The notes under the pieces: model-generated
Database searches by the model: none
Told to the model about the DNA's origin: nothing
The model's input: only the letters and a program-made list of their open reading frames with translations
In this document: piece by piece, positions 21,610-35,014 of the stretch
How the letters are laid out: the number at the start of each line of letters is the position of its first letter
How positions within the stretch are numbered: position 1 is the first letter of the stretch
Origin: Escherichia coli
Lineage (GTDB): Bacteria > Pseudomonadota > Gammaproteobacteria > Enterobacterales > Enterobacteriaceae
Assembly (NCBI RefSeq): GCF_003334785.1
Contig: NZ_QOWV01000014.1
Strand: one strand, 5' to 3'
Length of the DNA stretch: 64,000 nt
Translations under genes and position numbers: made by a program

Positions 21610-24192
21610 ATGCAAGAGCAATACCGCCCGGAAGAGATAGAATCCAAAGTACAGCTTCATTGGGATGAGAAGCGCACATTTGAAGTAACCGAAGACGAGA
21701 GCAAAGAGAAGTATTACTGCCTGTCTATGCTTCCCTATCCTTCTGGTCGACTACACATGGGCCACGTACGTAACTACACCATCGGTGACGTGATCGCCCG
21801 CTACCAGCGTATGCTGGGCAAAAACGTCCTGCAGCCGATCGGCTGGGACGCGTTTGGTCTGCCTGCGGAAGGCGCGGCGGTGAAAAACAACACCGCTCCG
21901 GCACCGTGGACGTACGACAACATCGCGTATATGAAAAACCAGCTCAAAATGCTGGGCTTTGGTTATGACTGGAGCCGCGAGCTGGCAACCTGTACGCCGG
22001 AATACTACCGTTGGGAACAGAAATTCTTCACCGAGCTGTATAAAAAAGGCCTGGTATATAAGAAGACTTCTGCGGTCAACTGGTGCCCGAACGACCAGAC
22101 CGTACTGGCGAACGAACAAGTTATCGACGGCTGCTGCTGGCGCTGCGATACTAAAGTTGAACGTAAAGAGATCCCGCAGTGGTTTATCAAAATCACTGCT
22201 TACGCTGACGAGCTGCTCAACGATCTGGATAAACTGGATCACTGGCCAGACACCGTTAAAACCATGCAGCGTAACTGGATCGGTCGTTCCGAAGGCGTGG
22301 AGATCACCTTCAACGTTAACGACTATGACAACACGCTGACCGTTTACACTACCCGCCCGGACACCTTTATGGGTTGTACCTACCTGGCGGTAGCTGCGGG
22401 TCATCCGCTGGCGCAGAAAGCGGCGGAAAATAATCCTGAACTGGCGGCCTTTATTGACGAATGCCGTAACACCAAAGTTGCCGAAGCTGAAATGGCGACG
22501 ATGGAGAAAAAAGGCGTCGATACTGGCTTTAAAGCGGTTCACCCATTAACGGGCGAAGAAATTCCCGTTTGGGCAGCAAACTTCGTATTGATGGAGTACG
22601 GCACGGGCGCAGTTATGGCGGTACCGGGGCACGACCAGCGCGACTACGAGTTTGCCTCTAAATACGGCCTGAACATCAAACCGGTTATCCTGGCAGCTGA
22701 CGGCTCTGAGCCAGATCTTTCTCAGCAAGCCCTGACTGAAAAAGGCGTGCTGTTCAACTCTGGCGAGTTCAACGGTCTTGACCATGAAGCGGCCTTCAAC
22801 GCCATCGCCGATAAACTGACTGCGATGGGCGTTGGCGAGCGTAAAGTGAACTACCGCCTGCGCGACTGGGGTGTTTCCCGTCAGCGTTACTGGGGCGCGC
22901 CGATTCCGATGGTGACGCTGGAAGACGGTACCGTAATGCCGACCCCGGACGACCAGCTGCCGGTGATCCTGCCGGAAGATGTGGTAATGGACGGCATTAC
23001 CAGCCCGATTAAAGCAGATCCGGAGTGGGCGAAAACTACCGTTAACGGTATGCCAGCACTGCGTGAAACCGACACTTTCGACACCTTTATGGAGTCCTCC
23101 TGGTACTATGCGCGCTACACTTGCCCGCAGTACAAAGAAGGTATGCTGGATTCCGAAGCGGCTAACTACTGGCTGCCGGTGGATATCTACATTGGTGGTA
23201 TTGAACACGCCATTATGCACCTGCTCTACTTCCGCTTCTTCCACAAACTGATGCGTGATGCAGGCATGGTGAACTCTGACGAACCAGCGAAACAGTTGCT
23301 GTGTCAGGGTATGGTGCTGGCAGATGCCTTCTACTATGTTGGCGAAAACGGCGAACGTAACTGGGTTTCCCCGGTTGATGCTATCGTTGAACGTGACGAG
23401 AAAGGCCGTATCGTGAAAGCGAAAGATGCGGCAGGCCATGAACTGGTTTATACCGGCATGAGCAAAATGTCCAAGTCGAAGAACAACGGTATCGACCCGC
23501 AGGTGATGGTTGAACGTTACGGCGCGGACACCGTTCGTCTGTTTATGATGTTTGCTTCTCCGGCTGATATGACTCTCGAATGGCAGGAATCCGGTGTGGA
23601 AGGGGCTAACCGCTTCCTGAAACGTGTCTGGAAACTGGTTTACGAGCACACAGCAAAAGGTGATGTTGCGGCACTGAACGTTGATGCGCTGACTGAAAAT
23701 CAGAAAGCGCTGCGTCGCGATGTGCATAAAACGATCGCTAAAGTGACCGATGATATCGGCCGTCGTCAGACCTTCAACACCGCAATTGCGGCGATTATGG
23801 AGCTGATGAACAAACTGGCGAAAGCACCAACCGATGGCGAGCAGGATCGCGCTCTGATGCAGGAAGCACTGCTGGCCGTTGTCCGTATGCTTAACCCGTT
23901 CACCCCGCACATCTGCTTCACGCTGTGGCAGGAACTGAAAGGCGAAGGCGATATCGACAACGCGCCGTGGCCGGTTGCTGACGAAAAAGCGATGGTGGAA
24001 GACTCCACGCTGGTCGTGGTGCAGGTTAACGGTAAAGTCCGTGCCAAAATCACCGTTCCGGTGGACGCAACGGAAGAACAGGTTCGCGAACGTGCTGGCC
24101 AGGAACATCTGGTAGCAAAATATCTTGATGGCGTTACTGTACGTAAAGTGATTTACGTACCAGGTAAACTCCTCAATCTGGTCGTTGGCTAA
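21610..24192 (+). CDS. leuS: Leucyl-tRNA synthetase
   Basis: Start at ATG 21610 ([15 protein letters not shown]...), 860 aa, with the class I HMGH motif ([13 protein letters not shown]) and KMSKS (MSKMSKS). Confidence 0.95.
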
Positions 24193-24206
24193 GCGCGGGA
24201 GGAAGC

Positions 24207-24788
24207 GTGCGATATCTGGCAACATTGTTGTTATCTCTGGCGGTGTTAATCACCGCCGGGTGTGGCTGGCATCTGCGTGATACCACGCAGGTTCCTTCCA
24301 CTATGAAGGTCATGATCCTGGACTCAGGCGATCCGAACGGGCCATTAAGCCGTGCGGTGCGTAACCAGTTACGTCTGAATGGTGTCGAGTTGCTTGATAA
24401 AGAAACCACGCGTAAGGACGTTCCATCCTTGCGTTTGGGTAAAGTGAGCATCGCGAAAGATACCGCATCGGTATTCCGTAACGGTCAAACAGCAGAGTAT
24501 CAGATGATCATGACGGTTAATGCGACCGTGTTGATCCCCGGCCGTGATATCTACCCGATTAGCGCCAAAGTCTTCCGTTCGTTCTTCGATAACCCGCAAA
24601 TGGCGTTAGCGAAAGATAACGAACAAGACATGATCGTAAAAGAGATGTACGACCGTGCTGCCGAACAGCTGATTCGTAAGCTGCCAAGCATCCGTGCTGC
24701 GGATATTCGTTCCGACGAAGAACAGACGTCGACCACAACGGATACTCCGGCAACGCCTGCACGCGTCTCCACCACGCTGGGTAACTGA
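24207..24788 (+). CDS. lptE: LPS-assembly lipoprotein LptE
   Basis: 193-aa ORF with GTG start and lipobox LITAGC. Confidence 0.9.
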
Positions 24789-25819
24789 TGATTCGGTTGT
24801 ACCCGGAACAACTCCGCGCGCAGCTCAATGAAGGGCTGCGCGCGGCGTATCTTTTACTTGGTAACGATCCTCTGTTATTGCAGGAAAGCCAGGACGCTGT
24901 TCGTCAGGTAGCTGCGGCACAAGGATTCGAAGAACACCACACTTTTTCCATTGATCCCAACACTGACTGGAATGCGATCTTTTCGTTATGCCAGGCTATG
25001 AGTCTGTTTGCCAGTCGACAAACGCTATTGCTGTTGTTACCAGAAAACGGACCGAATGCGGCGATCAATGAGCAACTTCTCACACTCACCGGACTTCTGC
25101 ATGACGACCTGCTGTTGATCGTCCGCGGTAATAAATTAAGCAAAGCGCAAGAAAATGCCGCCTGGTTTACTGCGCTTGCGAATCGCAGCGTGCAGGTGAC
25201 CTGTCAGACACCGGAGCAGGCTCAGCTTCCCCGCTGGGTTGCTGCGCGCGCAAAACAGCTCAACTTAGAACTGGATGACGCGGCAAATCAGGTGCTCTGC
25301 TACTGTTATGAAGGTAACCTGCTGGCGCTGGCTCAGGCACTGGAGCGTTTATCGCTGCTCTGGCCAGACGGCAAATTGACATTACCGCGCGTTGAACAGG
25401 CGGTGAATGATGCCGCGCATTTCACCCCTTTTCATTGGGTTGATGCTTTGTTGATGGGAAAAAGTAAGCGCGCATTGCATATTCTTCAGCAACTGCGTCT
25501 GGAAGGCAGCGAACCGGTTATTTTGTTGCGCACATTACAACGTGAACTGTTGTTACTGGTTAACCTGAAACGCCAGTCTGCCCATACGCCACTGCGTGCG
25601 TTGTTTGATAAGCATCGGGTATGGCAGAACCGCCGGGGCATGATGGGCGAGGCGTTAAATCGCTTAAGTCAGACGCAGTTACGTCAGGCCGTGCAACTCC
25701 TGACACGAACGGAACTCACCCTCAAACAAGATTACGGTCAGTCAGTGTGGGCAGAGCTGGAAGGGTTATCTCTTCTGTTGTGCCATAAACCCCTGGCGGA
25801 CGTATTTATCGACGGTTGA
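24788..25819 (+). CDS. holA: DNA polymerase III delta subunit
   Basis: 343-aa ORF immediately after lptE with a 1-nt overlap; conserved leuS-lptE-holA-nadD order. Confidence 0.9.
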
Positions 25820-25820
25820 T

Positions 25821-26462
25821 ATGAAATCTTTACAGGCTCTGTTTGGCGGCACCTTTGATCCGGTGCACTATGGTCATCTAAAACCCGTGGAAACGCTGGC
25901 GAATTTGATTGGTCTGACGCGGGTCACAATCATCCCTAATAATGTTCCTCCGCATCGTCCCCAGCCGGAAGCGAACAGCGTGCAGCGTAAACACATGCTT
26001 GAACTGGCGATTGCCGACAAGCCATTATTTACTCTTGATGAACGCGAGCTAAAGCGCAATGCCCCCTCTTACACTGCGCAAACACTGAAAGAGTGGCGGC
26101 AGGAACAAGGACCGGACGTGCCGCTGGCGTTTATTATTGGTCAGGATTCACTGCTGACCTTTCCGACCTGGTACGAATACGAAACGATACTCGACAATGC
26201 ACATTTGATCGTCTGTCGGCGTCCAGGTTACCCACTTGAAATGGCGCAACCGCAATACCAGCAATGGCTGGAAGATCATTTGACACATAACCCGGAAGAT
26301 CTTCACCTTCAGCCTGCCGGTAAAATTTATCTGGCTGAAACGCCGTGGTTTAACATCTCGGCGACCATCATCCGCGAACGTTTGCAAAACGGTGAATCAT
26401 GTGAGGATTTATTGCCGGAACCGGTACTGACTTACATTAACCAACAAGGCTTGTATCGCTGA
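25821..26462 (+). CDS. nadD: Nicotinate-mononucleotide adenylyltransferase
   Basis: 213-aa ORF with the nucleotidyltransferase motif [11 protein letters not shown]. Confidence 0.9.
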
Positions 26463-26485
26463 TACCTGTCGTTACGGAGGGCATG

Positions 26486-27097
26486 ATGCGACTGTGGTTA
26501 ATTCGTCATGGTGAAACGCAAGCGAATATCGATGGTCTTTACAGCGGTCATGCGCCCACCCCCCTGACCGCGCGCGGTATTGAGCAAGCGCAAAATCTGC
26601 ATACGCTGCTACATGGTGTTTCCTTTGATCTGGTTTTATGCAGTGAACTGGAACGGGCACAGCATACCGCGCGACTGGTTCTCAGTGACCGCCAGCTCCC
26701 CGTGCAAATCATACCTGAACTCAACGAAATGTTTTTTGGCGACTGGGAGATGCGACATCATCGCGACCTCATGCAAGAAGATGCCGAAAACTATAGCGCG
26801 TGGTGCAATGACTGGCAGCATGCAATCCCCACGAACGGTGAAGGATTTCAGGCATTTTCGCAACGTGTGGAACGCTTTATCGCAAGGCTTAGTGAATTTC
26901 AGCACTATCAGAATATTTTAGTCGTCAGCCATCAGGGTGTACTGAGTCTGTTAATCGCCCGTTTAATTGGCATGCCTGCCGAGGCTATGTGGCATTTTCG
27001 CGTTGACCAGGGGTGTTGGAGCGCCATTGATATCAACCAAAAATTCGCGACGCTACGCGTCCTCAATAGCCGTGCCATCGGGGTCGAGAATGCATGA
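26486..27097 (+). CDS. cobC: Alpha-ribazole phosphatase (histidine phosphatase family)
   Basis: RHGE motif (MRLWLIRHGETQAN); start placed at the second ATG, giving 203 aa. Confidence 0.85.
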   Translation: MRLWLIRHGETQANIDGLYSGHAPTPLTARGIEQAQNLHTLLHGVSFDLVLCSELERAQHTARLVLSDRQLPVQIIPELNEMFFGDWEMRHHRDLMQEDAENYSAWCNDWQHAIPTNGEGFQAFSQRVERFIARLSEFQHYQNILVVSHQGVLSLLIARLIGMPAEAMWHFRVDQGCWSAIDINQKFATLRVLNSRAIGVENA

Positions 27098-27338
27098 CTT
27101 TTCTGTTTTTTTACGGGTAAGCCGCAACGACCATTGACAGACCCGGGCAGGCTGATATTCTCCGCAGCCAGACTTTTTCCGCCAGACACGACTTTGTAGA
27201 AATTGTTTTACAAAAATGGCGATGCAATCTGCGGCGCGGGGTGGGATGATAGCCCACTTTCGAAAGCCGATTCGGCGACAATTGTCCCGAAATCGCCTCT
27301 GGTTCAGGTATACTGACAGACCATTTTTATCTATTTGA

Positions 27339-27674
<336 letters not shown>

Positions 27675-27677
27675 TGC

Positions 27678-28145
27678 GTGAAGCTGCAACTTGTCGCCGT
27701 GGGAACGAAAATGCCGGACTGGGTACAAACCGGTTTTACCGAGTACCTGCGTCGTTTTCCGAAAGATATGCCCTTCGAGCTGATTGAAATTCCGGCCGGA
27801 AAACGCGGCAAGAATGCGGACATCAAGCGCATACTCGACAAAGAGGGTGAGCAGATGTTGGCGGCCGCAGGCAAAAACCGCATTGTCACCCTCGATATTC
27901 CAGGCAAGCCCTGGGATACGCCGCAGTTAGCCGCTGAGCTGGAACGCTGGAAGCTGGATGGTCGCGACGTCAGTCTACTGATTGGCGGGCCTGAAGGGTT
28001 GTCGCCTGCCTGTAAAGCGGCGGCTGAGCAGAGCTGGTCGCTGTCGGCGCTTACCCTCCCCCATCCGCTGGTTCGCGTGCTGGTCGCAGAGAGTCTGTAC
28101 CGGGCGTGGAGCATCACCACCAACCATCCTTATCACCGTGAGTGA
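27678..28145 (+). CDS. rlmH: 23S rRNA m3-pseudouridine1915 methyltransferase (SPOUT)
   Basis: 155-aa ORF with GTG start. Confidence 0.85.
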
Positions 28146-28175
28146 TAAGGGAGCTTTGAGTAGAAAACGCAGCGG

Positions 28176-30077
28176 ATGAAACTACAGAACTCTTTTCGCG
28201 ACTATACGGCAGAGTCCGCGCTGTTTGTGCGCCGGGCGCTGGTCGCCTTTTTGGGGATTTTGCTGCTGACCGGCGTGCTTATCGCCAACCTGTATAATCT
28301 GCAAATTGTTCGCTTTACCGACTACCAGACCCGCTCTAATGAAAACCGCATTAAGCTGGTGCCTATCGCGCCCAGCCGCGGCATTATCTACGATCGTAAC
28401 GGTATCCCTCTGGCCCTCAACCGCACTATCTACCAGATAGAAATGATGCCGGAGAAAGTCGATAACGTGCAGCAAACGCTGGACGCTTTGCGCAGCGTGG
28501 TAGATCTGACCGATGACGATATTGCTGCATTCCGAAAAGAGCGCGCACGTTCACACCGTTTCACCTCTATTCCGGTGAAAACTAACCTGACCGAAGTACA
28601 AGTAGCTCGCTTTGCCGTCAATCAGTACCGTTTTCCGGGTGTCGAAGTTAAAGGCTATAAACGTCGTTACTATCCTTACGGTTCGGCGTTGACCCACGTC
28701 ATCGGCTATGTGTCGAAAATCAACGATAAAGACGTCGAACGCCTGAATAATGACGGCAAACTGGCCAACTATGCGGCAACGCATGATATCGGTAAGCTGG
28801 GCATTGAGCGTTACTATGAAGATGTGCTGCACGGTCAGACCGGTTATGAAGAGGTTGAAGTTAACAACCGTGGGCGTGTTATTCGCCAGTTAAAAGAAGT
28901 ACCACCGCAAGCCGGACACGATATTTACCTGACGCTGGATCTCAAACTCCAGCAATATATTGAAACGCTGCTGGCGGGTAGCCGCGCAGCTGTGGTAGTC
29001 ACCGATCCGCGTACAGGTGGGGTGCTGGCGCTGGTTTCCACGCCTAGTTATGACCCAAACTTGTTTGTTGACGGTATCTCCAGCAAAGATTATTCCGCCT
29101 TGTTGAACGATCCGAATACACCGCTGGTGAACCGCGCCACACAGGGGGTTTATCCTCCCGCGTCTACAGTTAAACCCTATGTGGCGGTTTCGGCATTGAG
29201 CGCCGGGGTGATCACGCGCAATACGACGCTGTTTGACCCAGGCTGGTGGCAACTGCCAGGTTCGGAAAAACGTTATCGTGACTGGAAAAAATGGGGCCAC
29301 GGGCGTCTGAATGTCACAAGATCGCTGGAAGAATCTGCGGATACCTTCTTCTATCAGGTGGCCTACGATATGGGGATCGATCGCCTCTCCGAATGGATGG
29401 GTAAATTCGGTTATGGTCATTACACCGGTATCGACCTGGCGGAAGAACGTTCCGGCAACATGCCTACCCGCGAATGGAAACAGAAACGCTTTAAAAAACC
29501 GTGGTATCAGGGTGACACCATTCCGGTTGGTATCGGTCAGGGTTACTGGACAGCGACCCCAATCCAGATGAGTAAGGCACTGATGATCCTGATTAATGAC
29601 GGTATCGTGAAGGTTCCTCATTTGCTGATGAGCACCGCCGAAGACGGCAAACAGGTGCCATGGGTACAGCCGCATGAACCGCCCGTCGGCGATATTCATT
29701 CCGGTTACTGGGAGCTGGCGAAAGACGGTATGTACGGTGTTGCTAACCGCCCTAACGGTACGGCGCATAAATACTTTGCTAGCGCACCGTACAAAATTGC
29801 GGCGAAATCCGGTACCGCTCAGGTCTTCGGTCTGAAAGCGAACGAAACCTATAATGCGCACAAAATTGCCGAGCGTTTACGTGACCACAAACTGATGACC
29901 GCCTTTGCGCCATACAACAATCCGCAAGTGGCTGTCGCCATGATTCTGGAGAACGGTGGTGCGGGTCCGGCGGTTGGTACACTGATGCGCCAGATCCTCG
30001 ACCACATTATGCTGGGTGATAACAACACCGATCTGCCTGCGGAAAATCCAGCGGTTGCCGCAGCGGAGGACCATTAA
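28176..30077 (+). CDS. mrdA: Penicillin-binding protein 2 (elongasome transpeptidase)
   Basis: 633-aa ORF with an N-terminal TM segment and the transpeptidase motifs STVK, SAD and KSGT. Confidence 0.95.
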   Translation: MKLQNSFRDYTAESALFVRRALVAFLGILLLTGVLIANLYNLQIVRFTDYQTRSNENRIKLVPIAPSRGIIYDRNGIPLALNRTIYQIEMMPEKVDNVQQTLDALRSVVDLTDDDIAAFRKERARSHRFTSIPVKTNLTEVQVARFAVNQYRFPGVEVKGYKRRYYPYGSALTHVIGYVSKINDKDVERLNNDGKLANYAATHDIGKLGIERYYEDVLHGQTGYEEVEVNNRGRVIRQLKEVPPQAGHDIYLTLDLKLQQYIETLLAGSRAAVVVTDPRTGGVLALVSTPSYDPNLFVDGISSKDYSALLNDPNTPLVNRATQGVYPPASTVKPYVAVSALSAGVITRNTTLFDPGWWQLPGSEKRYRDWKKWGHGRLNVTRSLEESADTFFYQVAYDMGIDRLSEWMGKFGYGHYTGIDLAEERSGNMPTREWKQKRFKKPWYQGDTIPVGIGQGYWTATPIQMSKALMILINDGIVKVPHLLMSTAEDGKQVPWVQPHEPPVGDIHSGYWELAKDGMYGVANRPNGTAHKYFASAPYKIAAKSGTAQVFGLKANETYNAHKIAERLRDHKLMTAFAPYNNPQVAVAMILENGGAGPAVGTLMRQILDHIMLGDNNTDLPAENPAVAAAEDH

Positions 30078-30079
30078 TC

Positions 30080-31192
30080 ATGACGGATAATCCGAATAAA
30101 AAAACATTCTGGGATAAAGTCCATCTCGATCCCACAATGCTGCTGATCTTACTGGCATTGCTGGTTTACAGCGCCCTGGTTATCTGGAGCGCCAGCGGTC
30201 AGGATATTGGCATGATGGAGCGTAAAATCGGCCAAATCGCGATGGGTCTGGTCATCATGGTGGTGATGGCGCAAATTCCTCCACGCGTTTATGAAGGCTG
30301 GGCCCCCTATCTCTATATCATCTGTATTATTTTGCTGGTGGCGGTAGATGCTTTCGGTGCCATCTCTAAAGGTGCTCAACGCTGGCTGGACCTCGGTATT
30401 GTTCGTTTTCAGCCGTCGGAAATTGCCAAAATAGCCGTACCACTGATGGTTGCGCGCTTTATCAACCGCGACGTTTGCCCGCCATCGTTGAAGAACACTG
30501 GCATCGCGCTGGTGCTGATATTTATGCCCACGCTGCTGGTGGCTGCACAGCCTGACCTGGGAACATCAATCCTCGTTGCGCTTTCCGGTCTGTTTGTACT
30601 GTTCCTCTCTGGCCTTAGCTGGCGTCTGATTGGCGTCGCAGTAGTGCTGGTAGCGGCGTTCATTCCGATTCTGTGGTTCTTCCTGATGCATGATTACCAG
30701 CGCCAGCGCGTAATGATGCTCCTGGACCCGGAATCAGACCCACTCGGCGCGGGCTATCACATTATTCAGTCTAAAATTGCTATTGGCTCCGGCGGATTAC
30801 GCGGCAAAGGCTGGCTGCACGGCACTCAGTCACAGCTTGAATTTCTCCCCGAACGCCATACTGACTTTATCTTCGCGGTACTGGCGGAAGAGCTGGGATT
30901 AGTGGGCATTCTGATTCTGCTCGCTCTCTACATTCTGCTGATCATGCGCGGGCTGTGGATAGCCGCCAGAGCGCAAACCACCTTTGGTCGCGTCATGGCT
31001 GGCGGCTTAATGCTGATATTATTCGTTTATGTCTTCGTAAATATTGGTATGGTAAGCGGTATTCTGCCGGTTGTAGGGGTTCCGCTCCCACTGGTCAGTT
31101 ATGGAGGATCGGCGCTAATTGTGCTGATGGCTGGGTTCGGGATTGTAATGTCAATCCACACCCACAGGAAAATGTTGTCGAAAAGCGTGTAA
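30080..31192 (+). CDS. mrdB: Peptidoglycan glycosyltransferase RodA (SEDS family)
   Basis: 370-aa polytopic membrane ORF directly after mrdA. Confidence 0.95.
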   Translation: MTDNPNKKTFWDKVHLDPTMLLILLALLVYSALVIWSASGQDIGMMERKIGQIAMGLVIMVVMAQIPPRVYEGWAPYLYIICIILLVAVDAFGAISKGAQRWLDLGIVRFQPSEIAKIAVPLMVARFINRDVCPPSLKNTGIALVLIFMPTLLVAAQPDLGTSILVALSGLFVLFLSGLSWRLIGVAVVLVAAFIPILWFFLMHDYQRQRVMMLLDPESDPLGAGYHIIQSKIAIGSGGLRGKGWLHGTQSQLEFLPERHTDFIFAVLAEELGLVGILILLALYILLIMRGLWIAARAQTTFGRVMAGGLMLILFVYVFVNIGMVSGILPVVGVPLPLVSYGGSALIVLMAGFGIVMSIHTHRKMLSKSV

Positions 31193-31202
31193 GAGGTGCG
31201 CA

Positions 31203-32291
31203 ATGCGTAAGCAGTGGCTCGGGATCTGCATCGCGGCAGGAATGCTCGCGGCATGTACAAGCGATGATGGTCAGCAACAGACGGTAAGTGTACCGCAGCC
31301 TGCGGTATGTAACGGCCCTATAGTTGAAATTAGCGGGGCGGACCCGCGTTTCGAACCACTGAACGCGACGGCAAATCAGGATTACCAGCGCGACGGTAAA
31401 AGCTACAAAATCGTGCAGGATCCGTCTCGATTTAGCCAGGCGGGACTGGCGGCAATCTATGATGCCGAACCCGGCAGTAACCTGACGGCCTCTGGCGAAG
31501 CATTCGATCCGACACAGCTGACGGCAGCCCATCCAACGCTTCCGATCCCCAGCTACGCCAGAATCACTAACCTGGCTAACGGGCGAATGATCGTGGTGCG
31601 CATTAATGATCGCGGCCCTTACGGCAACGACCGCGTTATTTCACTTTCTCGCGCGGCAGCTGACCGTCTTAACACGTCAAACAACACCAAAGTTCGTATC
31701 GATCCGATTATTGTTGCCCAGGATGGTTCGCTTTCTGGTCCTGGTATGGCTTGTACCACAGTCGCCAAACAGACTTACGCCCTGCCTGCACCTCCCGATT
31801 TAAGCGGTGGCGCGGGAACAAGTTCAGTGTCTGGCCCGCAGGGTGACATTCTTCCGGTCAGTAATTCGACGCTAAAAAGCGAAGATCCGACCGGCGCGCC
31901 GGTAACCAGTAGCGGTTTCCTCGGCGCACCAACGACCTTAGCGCCTGGTGTACTGGAAGGCAGCGAACCGACGCCTGCGCCACAGCCCGTTGTTACAGCT
32001 CCGTCGACAACGCCTGCAACCTCGCCTGCAATGGTGACACCGCAAGCCGTCTCGCAAAGCGCCAGCGGCAACTTTATGGTGCAAGTCGGGGCCGTAAGCG
32101 ATCAGGCTCGTGCGCAACAGTACCAACAGCAACTGGGACAGAAGTTCGGCGTCCCCGGTCGCGTAACTCAAAATGGCGCGGTCTGGCGGATCCAGCTTGG
32201 CCCATTCGCCAGCAAAGCCGAAGCCAGTACCTTGCAGCAACGTTTGCAAACCGAAGCCCAATTACAGTCATTTATTACTACCGCGCAGTAG
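31203..32291 (+). CDS. rlpA: Septal lytic transglycosylase lipoprotein RlpA
   Basis: 362-aa ORF with lipobox MLAAC, a DPBB domain, a Pro/Thr/Ala-rich linker and a C-terminal SPOR-like domain. Confidence 0.9.
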   Translation: MRKQWLGICIAAGMLAACTSDDGQQQTVSVPQPAVCNGPIVEISGADPRFEPLNATANQDYQRDGKSYKIVQDPSRFSQAGLAAIYDAEPGSNLTASGEAFDPTQLTAAHPTLPIPSYARITNLANGRMIVVRINDRGPYGNDRVISLSRAAADRLNTSNNTKVRIDPIIVAQDGSLSGPGMACTTVAKQTYALPAPPDLSGGAGTSSVSGPQGDILPVSNSTLKSEDPTGAPVTSSGFLGAPTTLAPGVLEGSEPTPAPQPVVTAPSTTPATSPAMVTPQAVSQSASGNFMVQVGAVSDQARAQQYQQQLGQKFGVPGRVTQNGAVWRIQLGPFASKAEASTLQQRLQTEAQLQSFITTAQ

Positions 32292-32429
32292 CGTAAAGCA
32301 GGCATCTGATGTGTCAATTTCTGTAAATGACGTTAACAAAGTCACGCGGAAAGTCAGATGCCTGCCGGTAGTGCATTTGCTATAGTAGGGCACTTTTTTA
32401 ATTCCATCACGGATGTCGTAGTTCAGACC

Positions 32430-33641
32430 ATGAATACCATTTTTTCCGCTCGTATCATGAAGCGCCTGGCGCTCACCACGGCTCTTTGCACAGCCTTTAT
32501 CTCTGCTGCACATGCCGATGACCTGAATATCAAAACTATGATCCCGGGTGTACCGCAGATCGATGCGGAGTCCTACATCCTGATTGACTATAACTCCGGC
32601 AAAGTGCTCGCCGAACAGAACGCAGATGTCCGCCGCGATCCTGCCAGCCTGACCAAAATGATGACCAGTTACGTTATCGGCCAGGCAATGAAAGCCGGTA
32701 AATTTAAAGAAACTGATTTAGTCACTATCGGCAACGACGCATGGGCCACCGGTAACCCGGTGTTTAAAGGTTCTTCGCTGATGTTCCTCAAACCGGGCAT
32801 GCAGGTTCCGGTTTCTCAGCTGATCCGCGGTATTAACCTGCAATCGGGTAACGATGCTTGTGTCGCCATGGCCGATTTTGCCGCTGGTAGCCAGGACGCT
32901 TTTGTTGGCTTGATGAACAGCTACGTTAACGCACTGGGCCTGAAAAATACCCACTTCCAGACGGTACATGGTCTGGATGCTGATGGTCAGTACAGCTCCG
33001 CGCGAGATATGGCGCTGATCGGCCAGGCATTGATCCGTGACGTACCGAATGAATACTCGATCTATAAAGAAAAAGAATTTACGTTTAACGGTATTCGCCA
33101 GCTGAACCGTAACGGCCTGTTATGGGATAACAGCCTGAATGTCGACGGCATCAAAACCGGACACACTGACAAAGCAGGTTACAACCTTGTTGCTTCTGCG
33201 ACTGAAGGCCAGATGCGCTTGATTTCTGCGGTAATGGGCGGACGTACTTTTAAAGGCCGTGAAGCCGAAAGTAAAAAACTGCTAACCTGGGGCTTCCGTT
33301 TCTTTGAAACCGTTAACCCACTGAAAGTAGGTAAAGAGTTCGCCTCTGAACCGGTTTGGTTTGGTGATTCTGATCGCGCTTCGTTAGGGGTTGATAAAGA
33401 CGTGTACCTGACCATTCCGCGTGGTCGCATGAAAGATCTGAAAGCCAGCTATGTGCTGAACAGCAGTGAATTGCATGCGCCGCTGCAAAAGAATCAGGTC
33501 GTCGGAACTATCAACTTCCAGCTTGATGGCAAAACGATCGAGCAACGCCCGCTGGTTGTGTTGCAAGAAATCCCGGAAGGTAACTTCTTCGGCAAAATCA
33601 TTGATTACATTAAATTAATGTTCCATCACTGGTTTGGTTAA
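32430..33641 (+). CDS. dacA: D-alanyl-D-alanine carboxypeptidase PBP5
   Basis: Start at ATG 32430 ([29 protein letters not shown]), 403 aa; motifs SLTK, SGN and KTG. Confidence 0.95.
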
Positions 33642-33692
33642 AAATTAAACACTTGAAAGTGTAATTTCCGTCCCCATATACTAAGCATCAGT

Positions 33693-33728
33693 AAAAAACT
33701 CCCGCCTTCTGGCGGGAGTTGCTATTTA
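33693..33728 (+). terminator. Intrinsic terminator after dacA
   Basis: Hairpin ACTCCCGCC-TTCT-GGCGGGAGT followed by TGCTATTT. Confidence 0.65.
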
Positions 33729-33750
33729 ATTACGTTACGCCGGAGCTGAC

Positions 33751-34014
33751 ATGAAAACCAAACTTAACGAACTGCTTGAATTCCCTACTCCTTTTACTTA
33801 CAAAGTTATGGGGCAGGCGTTACCTGAGCTGGTTGATCAGGTGGTTGAAGTGGTACAGCGCCATGCGCCAGGTGACTACACCCCAACGGTAAAACCAAGC
33901 AGCAAAGGCAACTACCACTCGGTATCTATCACTATCAACGCCACTCATATCGAGCAGGTTGAAACACTGTATGAAGAACTGGGCAAAATCGATATTGTCC
34001 GCATGGTTCTGTAA
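33751..34014 (+). CDS. ybeD: UPF0250-family small protein
   Basis: 87-aa ORF at the conserved position between dacA and lipB. Confidence 0.85.
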
Positions 34015-34114
34015 CTCGCTTCTCCGTTACCCGGCTCCTGGTCGGGTAACTCCCCTCTCCTCGCTGTGATATACTTTTCCCCCACTTTTACTCATTCTCC
34101 ACGGAGATGCCGTT

Positions 34115-34756
34115 TTGTATCAGGATAAAATTCTTGTCCGCCAGCTCGGTCTTCAGCCTTACGAGCCAATCTCCCAGGCTATGCATGAATTCACCGATAC
34201 CCGCGATGATAGTACCCTTGATGAAATCTGGCTGGTCGAGCACTATCCGGTATTCACCCAAGGTCAGGCAGGAAAAGCGGAGCACATTTTAATGCCGGGT
34301 GATATTCCGGTGATCCAGAGCGATCGCGGTGGGCAGGTGACTTATCACGGGCCGGGGCAACAGGTGATGTATGTGTTGCTTAACCTGAAACGCCGTAAAC
34401 TCGGTGTGCGTGAACTGGTGACCTTGCTTGAGCAAACAGTGGTGAATACCCTGGCTGAACTGGGTATAGAAGCGCATCCTCGGGCTGACGCGCCAGGTGT
34501 CTATGTTGGGGAAAAGAAAATTTGCTCACTGGGTTTACGTATTCGACGCGGTTGTTCATTCCACGGTCTGGCATTAAACGTCAATATGGATCTTTCACCA
34601 TTTTTACGTATTAATCCTTGTGGGTATGCCGGAATGGAAATGGCTAAAATATCACAATGGAAACCCGAAGCGATGACTAATAATATTGCTCCACGTTTAC
34701 TGGAAAATATTTTAGCGCTACTAAACAATCCGGACTTCGAATATATTACCGCTTAA
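34115..34756 (+). CDS. lipB: Octanoyltransferase (lipoyl(octanoyl) transferase)
   Basis: 213-aa ORF with TTG start ([12 protein letters not shown]...). Confidence 0.9.
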   Translation: MYQDKILVRQLGLQPYEPISQAMHEFTDTRDDSTLDEIWLVEHYPVFTQGQAGKAEHILMPGDIPVIQSDRGGQVTYHGPGQQVMYVLLNLKRRKLGVRELVTLLEQTVVNTLAELGIEAHPRADAPGVYVGEKKICSLGLRIRRGCSFHGLALNVNMDLSPFLRINPCGYAGMEMAKISQWKPEAMTNNIAPRLLENILALLNNPDFEYITA

Positions 34757-35014
34757 TTCCATACATCAATGGCCCAATTTACACTGGGTCATTACTCATA
34801 ATATCTGCTAATGCTTTACATCTCCTTCGCGTTTGTATATTTTCTTTATCACTTGCAGAAATGCGGTGCCACGCCTTGCTCCGTAACTCACCCCATTGAT
34901 TAACCTATTGAAATAGTTGATTATGGTGAGCAAAAGCGTTCCGTTCCAATTAGACATAAGATTATTGTAATTTTTTAAATATTATTTTTCCATGAATAAA
35001 ATTGGAGTAAGTGC

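Noticed and set aside
22546-24225. 559-aa minus-strand ORF antisense to leuS.
   Set aside because: The sense strand encodes a full-length LeuS with HIGH and KMSKS motifs; the antisense ORF is a chance open frame of the kind common in GC-rich coding DNA.
31203-32291. Low-complexity Pro/Thr/Ala-rich stretch in rlpA that generates many overlapping antisense ORFs.
   Set aside because: This is the known linker between the DPBB and SPOR domains of RlpA; the antisense ORFs are artefacts.
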